Positions 19,084 to 30,113 of a stretch of DNA of 32,000 bases are shown piece after piece. Position 1 is the first letter of the stretch; every line of letters begins with the position of its first letter. The notes beneath the pieces were generated by a model, which was not told the origin of the DNA, searched no databases, and saw only the letters and a list, made by a program, of their open reading frames with translations. Both the position numbers and the translations under genes were made by a program. This DNA is from Escherichia coli. GTDB taxonomy: Bacteria > Pseudomonadota > Gammaproteobacteria > Enterobacterales > Enterobacteriaceae. Where the stretch lies: NCBI RefSeq assembly GCF_041320135.1, contig NZ_CP100966.1. One strand, given 5' to 3'.

Positions 19084-19517
19084 ACCTGCAACCAGAATGT
19101 CACGGGGCCATCATTGACCAGCGATACCTGCATATCCGCAGCGAAGCGTCCTGTTTGCGTGTTCATCTCTTGCTGACGGCAGCGTTCGACGAAATAGTCA
19201 TATAACGCCTCTGCGCGATCCGGTGATGCACCTTTGGAGAAACTTGGGCGCATCCCCCGTTCGGTATCTGCGGCGAGGGTAAACTGGGAAACCACCAGCA
19301 CACTGCCGCCCGCCTGTTGCACGTTGAGATTCATCTTGCCTTCGGCATCGCTAAAGATGCGGTAGCCGAGCACACGCTCGCACAGACGGTTTGCTTTCTG
19401 TTCGTCGTCATCCTTTTCGACACCCAATAACACCAAAAGTCCCGCACCAATTTCGCCCGTCACTTCTCCCTCCACGGTGACGCTGGCACGGGTTACGCGT
19501 TGAATTAATGCAATCAT
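19080..19517 (-). CDS. dtd: D-aminoacyl-tRNA deacylase
   Basis: 145 aa, [18 protein letters not shown]...[10 protein letters not shown] motifs. Confidence 0.95.
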
Positions 19518-20386
19518 GGTTCGTCGTCTTCTTCTTGTTCAGCTGCTTGTTTTAGTTTGCGGTATTCCCCGAGAGTGACAGTAATTTCCGCGCCAAGCAA
19601 GACGATACACCATGTCCAGTAGACCCAAACAAAGAGAATGGGGATCACCGCCAGCACACCGTAAATGAGCTGATATGATGGGAACATGGTGATATAAAGC
19701 GCGAAACCTTTCTTTCCTGCTTCGAACAGGAGTGCAGCAACAAACGCGCCGACAATCGCGTCGCGGTTAGGTACGCGGATGGTAGGAACAATGCTGTACA
19801 GCAACCAGAAGGAGATCCACGACAACAGCAGCGGAAAAATACGCAGCACATTGTCGATGACAGTATTGAGATCGCTCGCCCAGCGCAGGGAGAGCAAATA
19901 GGAACTGATCGCCAGACTGGCCCCTGCCAGCAGCGGCCCCAGCGTTAAAATCATCCAGTACACGGCGAACGAGTAAATTTTTGGTCGAGCTCGTTTACTG
20001 CGCCAGATGGTATTCAACGCGCTATCGATGGAGTACATCAACAATAACGCGGTGACGATCAGCCCGCACGCCCCAACGGCGGTCATCTTGTTGGAATTGG
20101 CAACAAATTGTTCGATATACCGCTGAATAACATCGCCAGTAGCAGGCAGAAAGTTGGCAAAAATAAAGTGACGCAACTGAATGCTGACGTCGGAAAACAT
20201 GGGAAAAGCGGCGAAAAGCGCAAAAACAACGGCAACCAGCGGCACTAATGAGAGCAACGACACATAGGCAAGGTTACCTGCCAGGGTTGTCATGTTGTCC
20301 TCATCAATGCGTTGCCAGAGTAGTTTTAGCCAGGCCCATAGTGGACGGGTACGGTGCCTGGCTTTGTCCTGAATGGTTTTTAGCAT
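19514..20386 (-). CDS. yihY: YihY, UPF0761/BrkB-family inner-membrane protein
   Basis: 290 aa, polytopic, overlaps dtd; recalled YihY sequence and synteny. Confidence 0.9.
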
Positions 20387-20979
20387 AACACCTTCGCGAA
20401 ATAGTCCGGGATGGTGGTTTTATCTTTCACCAGAATACTGGTAATGCCCAGCTGATTAGCTCCTTCTATATTATCGGCGTTATCGTCGAAAAAGACCGTA
20501 TCGCTGGGTGAAAAACCTTCCGCCTGCAAAACATGCTGGTAAATTCGTGCTTCAGGTTTGCGCATCCCCAGATCTTGCGACAGATAGATATGGTCAGCAG
20601 CATCACGAATTTCCGGGTATTCTTCCGGCCAGAAGGTGGTATGCAGGCGGTTGGTATTGGAAAGCACCACCACGCGATGCCCCTGCTCACGCAGTTTATG
20701 CATGATGGCGATCACTTCCGGGCGCAGCGCGACAAACACCGCCTGCCAGCCGTGAGAGAACTGCTCGTAGCTTAGCGGCAGGGCCATCTCATGACACAGC
20801 GCCTCTGCGAACGCTTCGTCGCTAATTTCCCCACGCTCATGCTGATGAAACGCCTCCCCCATGTGGAAACTCTTCTTAAGCGTAGCCAGTGGAACACGCG
20901 TTAAATCGCTCCAGGCTCCCAGCACACGGTTAAAGTCGATATCGACAATCACATTACCTAAATCAAAGATATAGAGCAT
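20380..20979 (-). CDS. yihX: YihX, HAD-superfamily alpha-D-glucose-1-phosphate phosphatase
   Basis: 199 aa from [16 protein letters not shown]; HAD motifs [23 protein letters not shown]. Confidence 0.92.
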
Positions 20980-21077
20980 TTTTGCCTCCTTTCGCGCCAC
21001 AAGAAATTAACTGTAGCGGGAAAGGATGGGTTTGGCTATGTGGCAAGGTATGAAGCCAGGTCAACGGTCACAAAAAT

Positions 21078-21863
21078 CTACGCGTCTTCTTGGGGAAGAA
21101 TGATTTCAATTTGGCTGTCTTGTAAGCGTGATTTTAGCGCAGCGGGCGGCAGCTCGTCGGTAAAGAGCGCGGTGACCTGTGCCACGTTACCAATTTCAAC
21201 CGCCGCCGAAGCATGATACTTAGTGTGATCGGCGACCAGCAGGATATTTCTCGCGTGCGCCATCATCGTTTTCACCACGTTAGCTTCGTTTACATCAAAC
21301 TCCATCAACGCGCCATCGCTCTCGATTGCGCCTACGCTTGTTACCAGATAATCAGCACGAAAATCGGCCACAAAGGACGCCGCTGAAGGGCCAATGATCC
21401 CGCTATTATGAGAGCGCAACGTACCGCCGGGTACCATCACTTCAAAGCGCGGGTTGTGGTAAAGAATATGCGCCACACGCAGGCTGTTGGTGATTATCCG
21501 CAAATGATTATGGTTAAGTAACGCCCGGGCAACATGCTCAACGGTCGTACCAATGGTGATAAATATTGTTGAACCATCAGGAATATAGTCTGCCACCGCT
21601 TCGGCAATCGCTTTTTTTTCCTCGGTTTGCGAAACCTCACGCTGCTCGAACGCCGTATTAACGACGCTGGAAGCCCGACCCGCGCCACCGTGATGGCGCG
21701 TAATCAGGCCTTGCTCGCTTAATTTACGAATATCCCGGCGCACCGTCTGCGTGGAGACATCCAGCAGATTTGCCAGCTCATCAATATTCATATACCCACG
21801 CTCGGCGATCAGCGTGAGGAGTTGGTCGTGCCGCGGGTTACCGGTTAGTTCGGTAAGGCTCAT
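21078..21863 (-). CDS. yihW: YihW/CsqR, DeoR-family repressor of the sulfoquinovose regulon
   Basis: 261 aa from MSLTELTGNPRHDQL; DeoR HTH LANLLDVSTQTVRRDIRKLSEQGLI. Confidence 0.93.
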   Translation of the reverse strand: MSLTELTGNPRHDQLLTLIAERGYMNIDELANLLDVSTQTVRRDIRKLSEQGLITRHHGGAGRASSVVNTAFEQREVSQTEEKKAIAEAVADYIPDGSTIFITIGTTVEHVARALLNHNHLRIITNSLRVAHILYHNPRFEVMVPGGTLRSHNSGIIGPSAASFVADFRADYLVTSVGAIESDGALMEFDVNEANVVKTMMAHARNILLVADHTKYHASAAVEIGNVAQVTALFTDELPPAALKSRLQDSQIEIILPQEDA

Positions 21864-21896
21864 GAAAATTCCTCGAAAAACCATCACCCTGGCATT

Positions 21897-22793
21897 TTAT
21901 ACAAAAAGTGACAAAAAAGATCGGGTTTGATCACAGTCAGGGATCCCGGCTCGTCCACCGGGACGCGTGCATTTCAACGCCGCTACACCGCTGGCGAAGC
22001 GGACTGACTCCGCTAAATCCCCACCTGTTGCCAGCGCCACCGCCAATGCGCCGTGAAAAACATCACCCGCACCTGTGGTATCTACCACATCAACTTTGAA
22101 GGCCGGTTGATGTTGACGCCCGCCATTTTCCAGCCAGTCACAGCCAGCGCTGCCCTGGGTCACATAGACATGACCATTTGTGAGCGTTTGTGCCTGTTTT
22201 AGCGCACTGGCCATCTCTTTCACGCCCGTTAAGCGCGCCAGACCCGGTTCTGAAAAGGCCGCATGATCGCTTAATGCCACCAGCTCACTGATATCCTGCG
22301 GCGTAATGTCCCCGTCCAGAACGGTCATCACGCCCACCTGCCGGGCCAGAGTGAAGGCTTTTTTAGCGCCGTCGTGCCAGCGTACATCTGCCAGCACAAC
22401 ATCCCACTGAGAGAAATCAATTTCCTCCAACCACTCTGCGTCAGGCAGCAGGTCCGGGCTGGGGTAGTTAATGATTATCCGCTCGCCTTTGGCATCCACC
22501 ATGATGGCGGATTGCGATGATTTCGCCTGGTTATACCGTTTGGTGTAACGGGTGTTAACGCCCCAGGATTCCAGCTCTGCCAGCAGGCTGTTGCCCGTGT
22601 CGTCATCACCTACGCGACCAATAAAATCAACCTGCGCCCCCAGCCTTGCCGCCGCAACCGCTGCCGTCGCCGCTGGCCCGCCACCAACTTCCGTATAATT
22701 TCTCGCCACGTATTTACCGCTCTCCGTCGGTAACCCTTCCACGTAATAGATGCGATCCATCACGGTTATACCTACACAAGCAACACGAATCAT
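21897..22793 (-). CDS. yihV: YihV, 6-deoxy-6-sulfofructose kinase (PfkB family)
   Basis: 298 aa from MIRVACVGITVMDRIYYVE; PfkB signature VDTTGAGDVFHGALAVAL. Confidence 0.94.
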   Translation of the reverse strand: MIRVACVGITVMDRIYYVEGLPTESGKYVARNYTEVGGGPAATAAVAAARLGAQVDFIGRVGDDDTGNSLLAELESWGVNTRYTKRYNQAKSSQSAIMVDAKGERIIINYPSPDLLPDAEWLEEIDFSQWDVVLADVRWHDGAKKAFTLARQVGVMTVLDGDITPQDISELVALSDHAAFSEPGLARLTGVKEMASALKQAQTLTNGHVYVTQGSAGCDWLENGGRQHQPAFKVDVVDTTGAGDVFHGALAVALATGGDLAESVRFASGVAALKCTRPGGRAGIPDCDQTRSFLSLFV

Positions 22794-22960
22794 GGTCATT
22801 CCTTAAACATTTTGGGATGCGTTCATTTTAATTTCACCAATTGTTTAAAAAGTGACGGCTGTCAATTTTTTGACCATAAATTACAAATACGATCAAAAAC
22901 AGACAATCAAAGCGTGTCATAAATGACAAAAAGTGACATCACTGTATTCAGGAGAAGGTT

Positions 22961-23857
22961 ATGGCAGCAATCGCGTTTATCGGTTTAGGACAAATGGGTT
23001 CGCCAATGGCGAGCAATTTATTGCAGCAAGGGCACCAACTTCGCGTCTTTGATGTGAATGCCGAGGCTGTGCGGCATCTGGTAGACAAAGGCGCGACTCC
23101 CGCCGCCAACCCGGCGCAGGCCGCTAAAGATGCCGAATTTATCATTACCATGTTGCCGAATGGCGATCTGGTGCGCAGCGTGTTGTTCGGTGAAAACGGC
23201 GTTTGCGAAAGCTTATCTACCGATGCGCTGGTCATTGATATGTCGACCATCCATCCGCTGCAAACCGATAAATTGATTGCCGATATGCAAGCCAAAGGCT
23301 TCAGCATGATGGATGTTCCGGTAGGCCGTACTTCTGCAAATGCCATTACCGGTACTCTGTTACTGCTGGCTGGCGGCACCGCTGAACAAGTTGAACGTGC
23401 CACGCCGATCCTGATGGCGATGGGCAGTGAGTTGATCAACGCGGGCGGTCCGGGCATGGGGATCCGCGTTAAACTCATCAACAACTATATGAGCATCGCG
23501 CTCAATGCGCTTTCGGCAGAAGCCGCCGTTTTGTGCGAAGCCCTGAATCTTCCCTTCGATGTTGCCGTCAAAGTGATGAGCGGTACCGCCGCCGGTAAAG
23601 GCCACTTCACCACTTCCTGGCCAAACAAAGTCCTCAGCGGAGATCTTTCTCCCGCCTTCATGATCGATCTTGCCCATAAGGATCTTGGCATCGCCCTTGA
23701 TGTCGCCAACCAGCTGCATGTGCCAATGCCGCTGGGGGCCGCCTCACGGGAGGTTTATAGCCAGGCGCGCGCAGCGGGTCGCGGTCGCCAGGACTGGTCC
23801 GCCATTCTGGAACAGGTCCGTGTCAGTGCCGGGATGACTGCCAAAGTAAAAATGTAA
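22961..23857 (+). CDS. yihU: YihU, 3-sulfolactaldehyde reductase
   Basis: 298 aa, beta-hydroxyacid dehydrogenase family motif [20 protein letters not shown]. Confidence 0.94.
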   Translation: MAAIAFIGLGQMGSPMASNLLQQGHQLRVFDVNAEAVRHLVDKGATPAANPAQAAKDAEFIITMLPNGDLVRSVLFGENGVCESLSTDALVIDMSTIHPLQTDKLIADMQAKGFSMMDVPVGRTSANAITGTLLLLAGGTAEQVERATPILMAMGSELINAGGPGMGIRVKLINNYMSIALNALSAEAAVLCEALNLPFDVAVKVMSGTAAGKGHFTTSWPNKVLSGDLSPAFMIDLAHKDLGIALDVANQLHVPMPLGAASREVYSQARAAGRGRQDWSAILEQVRVSAGMTAKVKM

Positions 23858-23880
23858 CGACTGGATAAAGGAATAAATGA

Positions 23881-24759
23881 ATGAATAAGTACACCATCAA
23901 CGACATTACGCGCGCATCGGGCGGTTTTGCCATGCTGGCGGTCGATCAGCGCGAAGCCATGCGCATGATGTTTGCCGCGGCTGGGGCACCCGCTCCGGTA
24001 GCCGATAGCGTTTTAACTGATTTCAAAGTTAACGCGGCGAAGACCCTCTCGCCTTATGCCTCGGCGATTCTGGTAGATCAACAATTCTGTTACCGCCAGG
24101 TGGTTGAGCAAAACGCGATTGCCAAAAGTTGCGCCATGATTGTCGCCGCCGATGAGTTCATTCCTGGCAACGGTATTCCGGTAGATAGCGTGGTCATTGA
24201 CCGCAAAATCAATCCGCTACAGATCAAACAAGACGGTGGCAAAGCCTTAAAACTGCTGGTGCTGTGGCGTAGTGATGAAGATGCGCAGCAACGCCTGGAT
24301 ATGGTGAAAGAGTTTAACGAACTGTGCCACTCACACGGCCTGGTAAGCATTATTGAGCCAGTCGTCCGCCCACCACGTCGTGGCGATAAATTCGATCGCG
24401 AACAAGCGATCATCGATGCCGCCAAAGAGCTGGGCGACAGTGGCGCTGACCTCTACAAAGTTGAAATGCCGCTTTACGGTAAAGGTCCGCAACAAGAGCT
24501 TCTCAGTGCTTCACAACGTCTGAATAACCATATCAATATGCCGTGGGTGATCCTCTCTTCCGGTGTCGACGAAAAACTGTTCCCGCGTGCCGTACGCGTG
24601 GCAATGACAGCGGGTGCATCGGGCTTCCTGGCTGGTCGTGCCGTCTGGGCATCGGTCGTCGGTTTACCAGACAACGAGCTGATGCTGCGTGACGTTTGCG
24701 CACCAAAATTACAACAACTTGGCGATATCGTCGACGAAATGATGGCTAAACGCCGTTAA
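23881..24759 (+). CDS. yihT: YihT, 6-deoxy-6-sulfofructose-1-phosphate aldolase
   Basis: 292 aa, LacD-like class I aldolase; recalled YihT sequence and operon position. Confidence 0.94.
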   Translation: MNKYTINDITRASGGFAMLAVDQREAMRMMFAAAGAPAPVADSVLTDFKVNAAKTLSPYASAILVDQQFCYRQVVEQNAIAKSCAMIVAADEFIPGNGIPVDSVVIDRKINPLQIKQDGGKALKLLVLWRSDEDAQQRLDMVKEFNELCHSHGLVSIIEPVVRPPRRGDKFDREQAIIDAAKELGDSGADLYKVEMPLYGKGPQQELLSASQRLNNHINMPWVILSSGVDEKLFPRAVRVAMTAGASGFLAGRAVWASVVGLPDNELMLRDVCAPKLQQLGDIVDEMMAKRR

Positions 24760-24774
24760 GATGGGGATACAAAA

Positions 24775-26016
24775 ATGAAATGGTTTAACACTTTAAGTCA
24801 CAACCGTTGGCTGGAACAGGAAACCGATCGCATCTTTGATTTTGGTAAAAATTCCGTAGTACCGACTGGATTTGGCTGGTTAGGCAATAAAGGGCAAATC
24901 AAAGAAGAGATGGGCACCCATCTGTGGATCACAGCTCGGATGTTGCACGTTTATTCCGTTGCTGCGGCGATGGGTCGACCTGGCGCTTACTCGTTGGTTG
25001 ATCACGGTATTAAAGCCATGAACGGCGCACTGCGCGATAAAAAATATGGCGGCTGGTATGCCTGTGTGAATGACGAGGGCGTGGTGGATGCCTCCAAACA
25101 GGGCTATCAACATTTCTTTGCTCTGCTGGGTGCTGCCAGCGCCGTCACTACCGGTCATCCGGAAGCGCGCAAGCTGCTCGATTACACCATTGAAATTATC
25201 GAGAAATACTTCTGGAGCGAAGAAGAGCAGATGTGCCTGGAGTCCTGGGACGAAGCCTTCAGCAAAACCGAAGAGTACCGCGGCGGCAATGCCAATATGC
25301 ACGCAGTGGAAGCTTTCTTAATTGTTTATGACGTAACGCATGACAAAAAATGGCTGGATCGCGCGATTCGCGTGGCTTCCGTGATTATCCACGACGTCGC
25401 AAGAAATAATCATTATCGCGTTAACGAACACTTCGATACCCAGTGGAATCCGCTGCCGGATTACAACAAAGATAACCCGGCGCACCGCTTCCGCGCGTTC
25501 GGAGGTACACCAGGCCACTGGATCGAATGGGGCCGTTTAATGCTGCACATCCACGCGGCCCTGGAAGCCCGTTGCGAACAACCGCCAGCATGGCTGCTAG
25601 AAGATGCCAAAGGTCTGTTTAACGCCACCGTGCGTGATGCCTGGGCACCCGATGGTGCGGACGGGATTGTTTATACCGTTGACTGGGAAGGAAAACCGGT
25701 GGTCCGCGAACGTGTGCGTTGGCCTATCGTCGAAGCGATGGGTACGGCCTACGCGCTCTACACCGTCACCGGCGATCGCCAGTACGAAACCTGGTATCAG
25801 ACATGGTGGGACTACTGCATTAAGTACCTGATGGACTATGAAAATGGTTCCTGGTGGCAGGAGCTGGATGCGGACAATAAAGTCACCACGAAAGTCTGGG
25901 ACGGTAAACAGGATATTTATCACCTGCTGCATTGCCTGGTGATCCCGCGTATCCCGTTAGCGCCAGGCCTGGCTCCGGCAGTTGCGGCGGGTCTGCTGGA
26001 TATTAACGCGAAATAA
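24775..26016 (+). CDS. yihS: YihS, sulfoquinovose isomerase (AGE family)
   Basis: 413 aa, [26 protein letters not shown]... Confidence 0.95.
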   Translation: MKWFNTLSHNRWLEQETDRIFDFGKNSVVPTGFGWLGNKGQIKEEMGTHLWITARMLHVYSVAAAMGRPGAYSLVDHGIKAMNGALRDKKYGGWYACVNDEGVVDASKQGYQHFFALLGAASAVTTGHPEARKLLDYTIEIIEKYFWSEEEQMCLESWDEAFSKTEEYRGGNANMHAVEAFLIVYDVTHDKKWLDRAIRVASVIIHDVARNNHYRVNEHFDTQWNPLPDYNKDNPAHRFRAFGGTPGHWIEWGRLMLHIHAALEARCEQPPAWLLEDAKGLFNATVRDAWAPDGADGIVYTVDWEGKPVVRERVRWPIVEAMGTAYALYTVTGDRQYETWYQTWWDYCIKYLMDYENGSWWQELDADNKVTTKVWDGKQDIYHLLHCLVIPRIPLAPGLAPAVAAGLLDINAK

Positions 26017-26085
26017 CTGACTAAAAAAAAAACGACATATCAGGCTGCACGCCGGGTATGTCGTTATTCAATAAAGGTACCTCGT

Positions 26086-26988
26086 ATGCAAATCACCAAC
26101 ATGCATTGCAGTGGACAGACCGTTTCACTTGCCGCGGGGGATTATCACGCGACCATTGTGACCGTCGGTGCAGGTCTGGCTGAATTAACCTTTCAGGGCT
26201 GCCATTTAGTTATTCCACATAAACCCGAAGAGATGCCGCTGGCACATCTGGGCAAAGTCCTTATTCCGTGGCCGAACCGGATCGCCAACGGCTGTTATCG
26301 CTATCAGGGGCAGGAATATCAGTTACCCATTAATGAACATGGTTCAAAAGCCGCTATTCATGGGCTGCTCGCCTGGCGTGACTGGCAAATCAGCGAATTA
26401 ACCGCCACCAGCGTTACCCTGACAGCTTTTCTGCCACCCAGTTACGGCTATCCGTTTATGCTGGCTTCGCAGGTTGTTTATTCGCTCAATGCACGCACGG
26501 GTCTTTCCGTTGAGATCGCAAGTCAGAATATTGGTACTGTGACCGCACCCTATGGTGTGGGTATTCATCCTTATTTAACCTGCAACTTAACATCTGTTGA
26601 TGAATATCTGTTCCAGCTTCCGGCAAACCAGGTTTATGCCATCGATGAGCACGCTAATCCGACAACGCTTCACCACGTTGATGAGCTGGATTTAAATTTC
26701 ACGCAGGCGAAAAAAATAGCCGCGACAAAAATCGACCACACCTTTAAAACCGCTAATGATCTGTGGGAAATAACCATTACCCATCCACAACAGGCGCTTT
26801 CGGTAAGCCTTTGTTCCGATCAACCCTGGGTGCAGATTTATAGCGGCGAAAAATTACAGCGTCAGGGACTGGCAGTTGAACCTATGAGTTGCCCGCCTAA
26901 CGCCTTTAATTCAGGTCTCGACTTATTATTACTGGAACCAGGGAAAACGCACCGCCTGTTTTTTAATATTTACGGGCAACACAATTAA
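26086..26988 (+). CDS. yihR: YihR, aldose-1-epimerase-like (sulfoquinovose mutarotase)
   Basis: 300 aa, GALM-like motifs (IPWPNRIANGCYRYQGQEYQLPINE...AIHG). Confidence 0.92.
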   Translation: MQITNMHCSGQTVSLAAGDYHATIVTVGAGLAELTFQGCHLVIPHKPEEMPLAHLGKVLIPWPNRIANGCYRYQGQEYQLPINEHGSKAAIHGLLAWRDWQISELTATSVTLTAFLPPSYGYPFMLASQVVYSLNARTGLSVEIASQNIGTVTAPYGVGIHPYLTCNLTSVDEYLFQLPANQVYAIDEHANPTTLHHVDELDLNFTQAKKIAATKIDHTFKTANDLWEITITHPQQALSVSLCSDQPWVQIYSGEKLQRQGLAVEPMSCPPNAFNSGLDLLLLEPGKTHRLFFNIYGQHN

Positions 26989-27048
26989 TTTTATTAAGAA
27001 AAGAACGAGATCATTGTTTAGAGTTGTATTTACACAACAGGAAATATT

Positions 27049-27924
27049 ATGGACTTTTTTACGTTATTTTCACCGGATGGGGTCATGCTGGAAACAAACG
27101 TGGTATGTATCGTTATCGCGTTAATGTTTCTTTATACCTTTGTGGGGATATGCGCGGGATTTGGCGGTGGTTTAACCACTATGCCGCTCGTCACGTTAAT
27201 GCTCCCCGTAAAAATGGCAACACCACTCTCGGTAATTGTCGGCACCGCGACCGCCTTGTACGCCACCTGGCTGTCACGTAAAGAAACGGATTGGCGATCG
27301 GCAATGGTACTGATTATTTTCTCGTTTCTGGGAATACCCGTCGGTTTATATGCGCTGTCGTATTTACCCGACCATTTTATGAAAGTGGGCTTAGGCGGAT
27401 TCCTTATCCTGTACTCCTTTTACAGTATGTTTATTCCACGCCTGCCGATTTATGACCGTAGCTGGATCGCCGCACCTATCGGTGCAGTAGCAGGCGCATT
27501 AGGCGCAGCTTTCTCAACCAACGGACCACCGATGGTTATCTACGGTATGCTGCGTAACTTAGGCCCGGCGGCATTTCGCGGCACTCTGAACGCTTTCTTC
27601 ACCGCAAACAACATCGCGGTGATCGGCGGGCTGGCGACCAGCGGAATTTTGACTGTCTCTATCTTTAAACTAGTGCTGTTTTGTATTCCCACCATGATCC
27701 TCGGTTCACTGGTTGGACAATATGTGCATAAACGCATTTCAGTCAAAGTGTTCCGTGTGATGGTCTTTTTATTGCTGATTGCCTCCGGTTCTATGTTAAT
27801 AAAAGGCGCACTGGGAATTCCCGCCGCTGCCGCACTTCTGCCTCCGTTTACCTTGTTAGTTATACTGCAACTGGCATTTGGTAAAAAAGTGGCGGCAATC
27901 CGTCGGGCTGAAGAAAGTAAATAA
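27049..27924 (+). CDS. TauE/SafE-family membrane permease (putative organosulfonate/sulfite exporter)
   Basis: 291 aa, polytopic; FVGICAGFGGGLTTMPLVTL and GAVAGALGAAFSTNGPP motifs characteristic of TauE/SafE (DUF81). Confidence 0.85.
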   Translation: MDFFTLFSPDGVMLETNVVCIVIALMFLYTFVGICAGFGGGLTTMPLVTLMLPVKMATPLSVIVGTATALYATWLSRKETDWRSAMVLIIFSFLGIPVGLYALSYLPDHFMKVGLGGFLILYSFYSMFIPRLPIYDRSWIAAPIGAVAGALGAAFSTNGPPMVIYGMLRNLGPAAFRGTLNAFFTANNIAVIGGLATSGILTVSIFKLVLFCIPTMILGSLVGQYVHKRISVKVFRVMVFLLLIASGSMLIKGALGIPAAAALLPPFTLLVILQLAFGKKVAAIRRAEESK

Positions 27925-28031
27925 TCACTTATGCGGGTTTAAATTTATACCCGCACACATTCTTTAATTAATGAAACCTGTAATAACAGGATGGCATGAA
28001 ATATTAGTTTTATACTCTATGGAGATTATTT

Positions 28032-30068
28032 ATGGATACGCCACGCCCACAATTACCAGATTTTCAATTTCATCAGAATAACGACAGTTTTACCCTACAT
28101 TTTCAACAACGTCTTATTTTAACCCATAGCAAAGATAATCCTTGTTTATGGATTGGCTCAGGTATAGCGGATATCGATATGTTCCGCGGCAATTTCAGCA
28201 TTAAAGATAAACTACAGGAGAAAATTGCGCTTACCGACGCTATCGTCAGCCAGTCACCGGATGGTTGGTTAATCCATTTCAGTCGTGGTTCTGACATTAG
28301 CGCCACGCTGAATATCTCTGCCGACGATCAGGGCCGTTTATTGCTGGAACTACAAAACGACAACCTTAACCACAACCGTATCTGGCTGCGCCTTGCCGCT
28401 CAACCAGAGGACCATATCTACGGCTGCGGCGAACAGTTTTCCTACTTCGATCTGCGTGGCAAACCGTTCCCGCTATGGACCAGTGAACAAGGCGTTGGTC
28501 GCAACAAACAAACCTATGTCACCTGGCAGGCCGACTGCAAAGAAAATGCGGGCGGCGACTATTACTGGACTTTCTTCCCACAGCCTACGTTTGTCAGCAC
28601 GCAGAAGTATTACTGCCATGTTGATAACAGTTGCTATATGAACTTCGACTTTAGTGCCCCGGAATACCATGAACTGGCGCTGTGGGAAGACAAAGCAACG
28701 CTGCGTTTTGAATGTGCTGACACATACATCTCCCTGCTGGAAAAATTAACCGCCCTGCTGGGACGCCAGCCAGAACTGCCCGACTGGATTTATGACGGAG
28801 TAACGCTCGGCATTCAGGGCGGGACGGAAGTGTGCCAGAAGAAACTGGACACCATGCGTAACGCGGGCGTGAAGGTCAACGGCATCTGGGCGCAGGACTG
28901 GTCCGGTATTCGTATGACCTCTTTTGGCAAACGCGTGATGTGGAACTGGAAGTGGAACAGCGAAAACTACCCGCAACTGGACTCACGTATTAAGCAGTGG
29001 AACAAAGAGGGCGTGCAGTTCCTGGCCTATATCAACCCGTATGTTGCCAGTGATAAAGATCTCTGCGAAGAGGCGGCAAAGCGCGGTTATCTGGCAAAAG
29101 ATGTCGCCGGTGGCGACTATCTGGTGGAGTTTGGCGAGTTCTACGGCGGCGTTGTCGATCTCACCAATCCGGAAGCCTACGCCTGGTTCAAGGAAGTTAT
29201 CAAAAAGAACATGATTGAACTCGGCTGCGGCGGCTGGATGGCTGACTTCGGCGAGTATCTGCCCACCGACACGTACCTGCATAACGGCATCAGCGCGGAA
29301 ATTATGCATAACGCCTGGCCCGCGCTGTGGGCGAAATGTAACTACGAAGCCCTTGAAGAAACGGGCAAGCTCGGCGAGATCCTCTTCTTTATGCGCGCCG
29401 GTTCTACCGGTAGCCAGAAATACTCCACCATGATGTGGGCGGGTGACCAGAACGTGGACTGGAGTCTGGACGATGGCCTGGCGTCGGTTGTCCCGGCGGC
29501 GCTATCTCTGGCAATGACCGGACATGGCCTGCATCACAGCGACATTGGCGGTTATACCACCCTGTTTGAGATGAAGCGCAGCAAAGAGCTGCTGCTGCGC
29601 TGGTGCGATTTCAGCGCCTTCACGCCGATGATGCGCACCCACGAAGGTAACCGTCCTGGCGACAACTGGCAGTTTGACGGCGACGCGGAAACCATCGCCC
29701 ATTTCGCCCGTATGACCACCGTCTTCACCACCCTGAAACCTTACCTGAAAGAGGCCGTCGCGCTGAATGCGAAGTCCGGCCTGCCGGCTATGCGCCCGCT
29801 GTTCCTGCATTACGAAGACGACGCGCAGACCTATTCCCTGAAATATCAGTACCTGTTAGGTCGCGACATTCTGGTTGCTCCGGTACACGAAGAAGGTCGC
29901 AGCGACTGGACGCTCTATCTGCCAGAGGATAACTGGGTCCACGCCTGGACCGGAGAAACCTTCCACGGTGGAGAAATAACTGTTGAAGCGCCCATCGGCA
30001 AGCCGCCGGTCTTTTATCGCGCCGACAGCGAATGGGCTGCACTGTTCGCCTCGTTAAAAAACATCTAA
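28032..30068 (+). CDS. yihQ: YihQ, alpha-sulfoquinovosidase (GH31)
   Basis: 678 aa, GH31 motifs KVNGIWAQDWSG and GGWMADFGEYLP, YQSPEF-type family features. Confidence 0.95.
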   Translation: MDTPRPQLPDFQFHQNNDSFTLHFQQRLILTHSKDNPCLWIGSGIADIDMFRGNFSIKDKLQEKIALTDAIVSQSPDGWLIHFSRGSDISATLNISADDQGRLLLELQNDNLNHNRIWLRLAAQPEDHIYGCGEQFSYFDLRGKPFPLWTSEQGVGRNKQTYVTWQADCKENAGGDYYWTFFPQPTFVSTQKYYCHVDNSCYMNFDFSAPEYHELALWEDKATLRFECADTYISLLEKLTALLGRQPELPDWIYDGVTLGIQGGTEVCQKKLDTMRNAGVKVNGIWAQDWSGIRMTSFGKRVMWNWKWNSENYPQLDSRIKQWNKEGVQFLAYINPYVASDKDLCEEAAKRGYLAKDVAGGDYLVEFGEFYGGVVDLTNPEAYAWFKEVIKKNMIELGCGGWMADFGEYLPTDTYLHNGISAEIMHNAWPALWAKCNYEALEETGKLGEILFFMRAGSTGSQKYSTMMWAGDQNVDWSLDDGLASVVPAALSLAMTGHGLHHSDIGGYTTLFEMKRSKELLLRWCDFSAFTPMMRTHEGNRPGDNWQFDGDAETIAHFARMTTVFTTLKPYLKEAVALNAKSGLPAMRPLFLHYEDDAQTYSLKYQYLLGRDILVAPVHEEGRSDWTLYLPEDNWVHAWTGETFHGGEITVEAPIGKPPVFYRADSEWAALFASLKNI

Positions 30069-30113
30069 TCATGCCCGCCCGTGGGGAAACTCACGGGCAA
30101 ATGGAGAATAACG

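Noticed and set aside
26023-26032. Run of ten A residues between yihS and yihR, considered as programmed slippage
   Set aside because: It lies after the yihS stop in non-coding sequence, so no frameshift product is implied.
27540-27746. Minus-strand 68-aa ORF within the TauE/SafE gene
   Set aside because: Short antisense frame without support; the plus-strand permease ORF explains the sequence.
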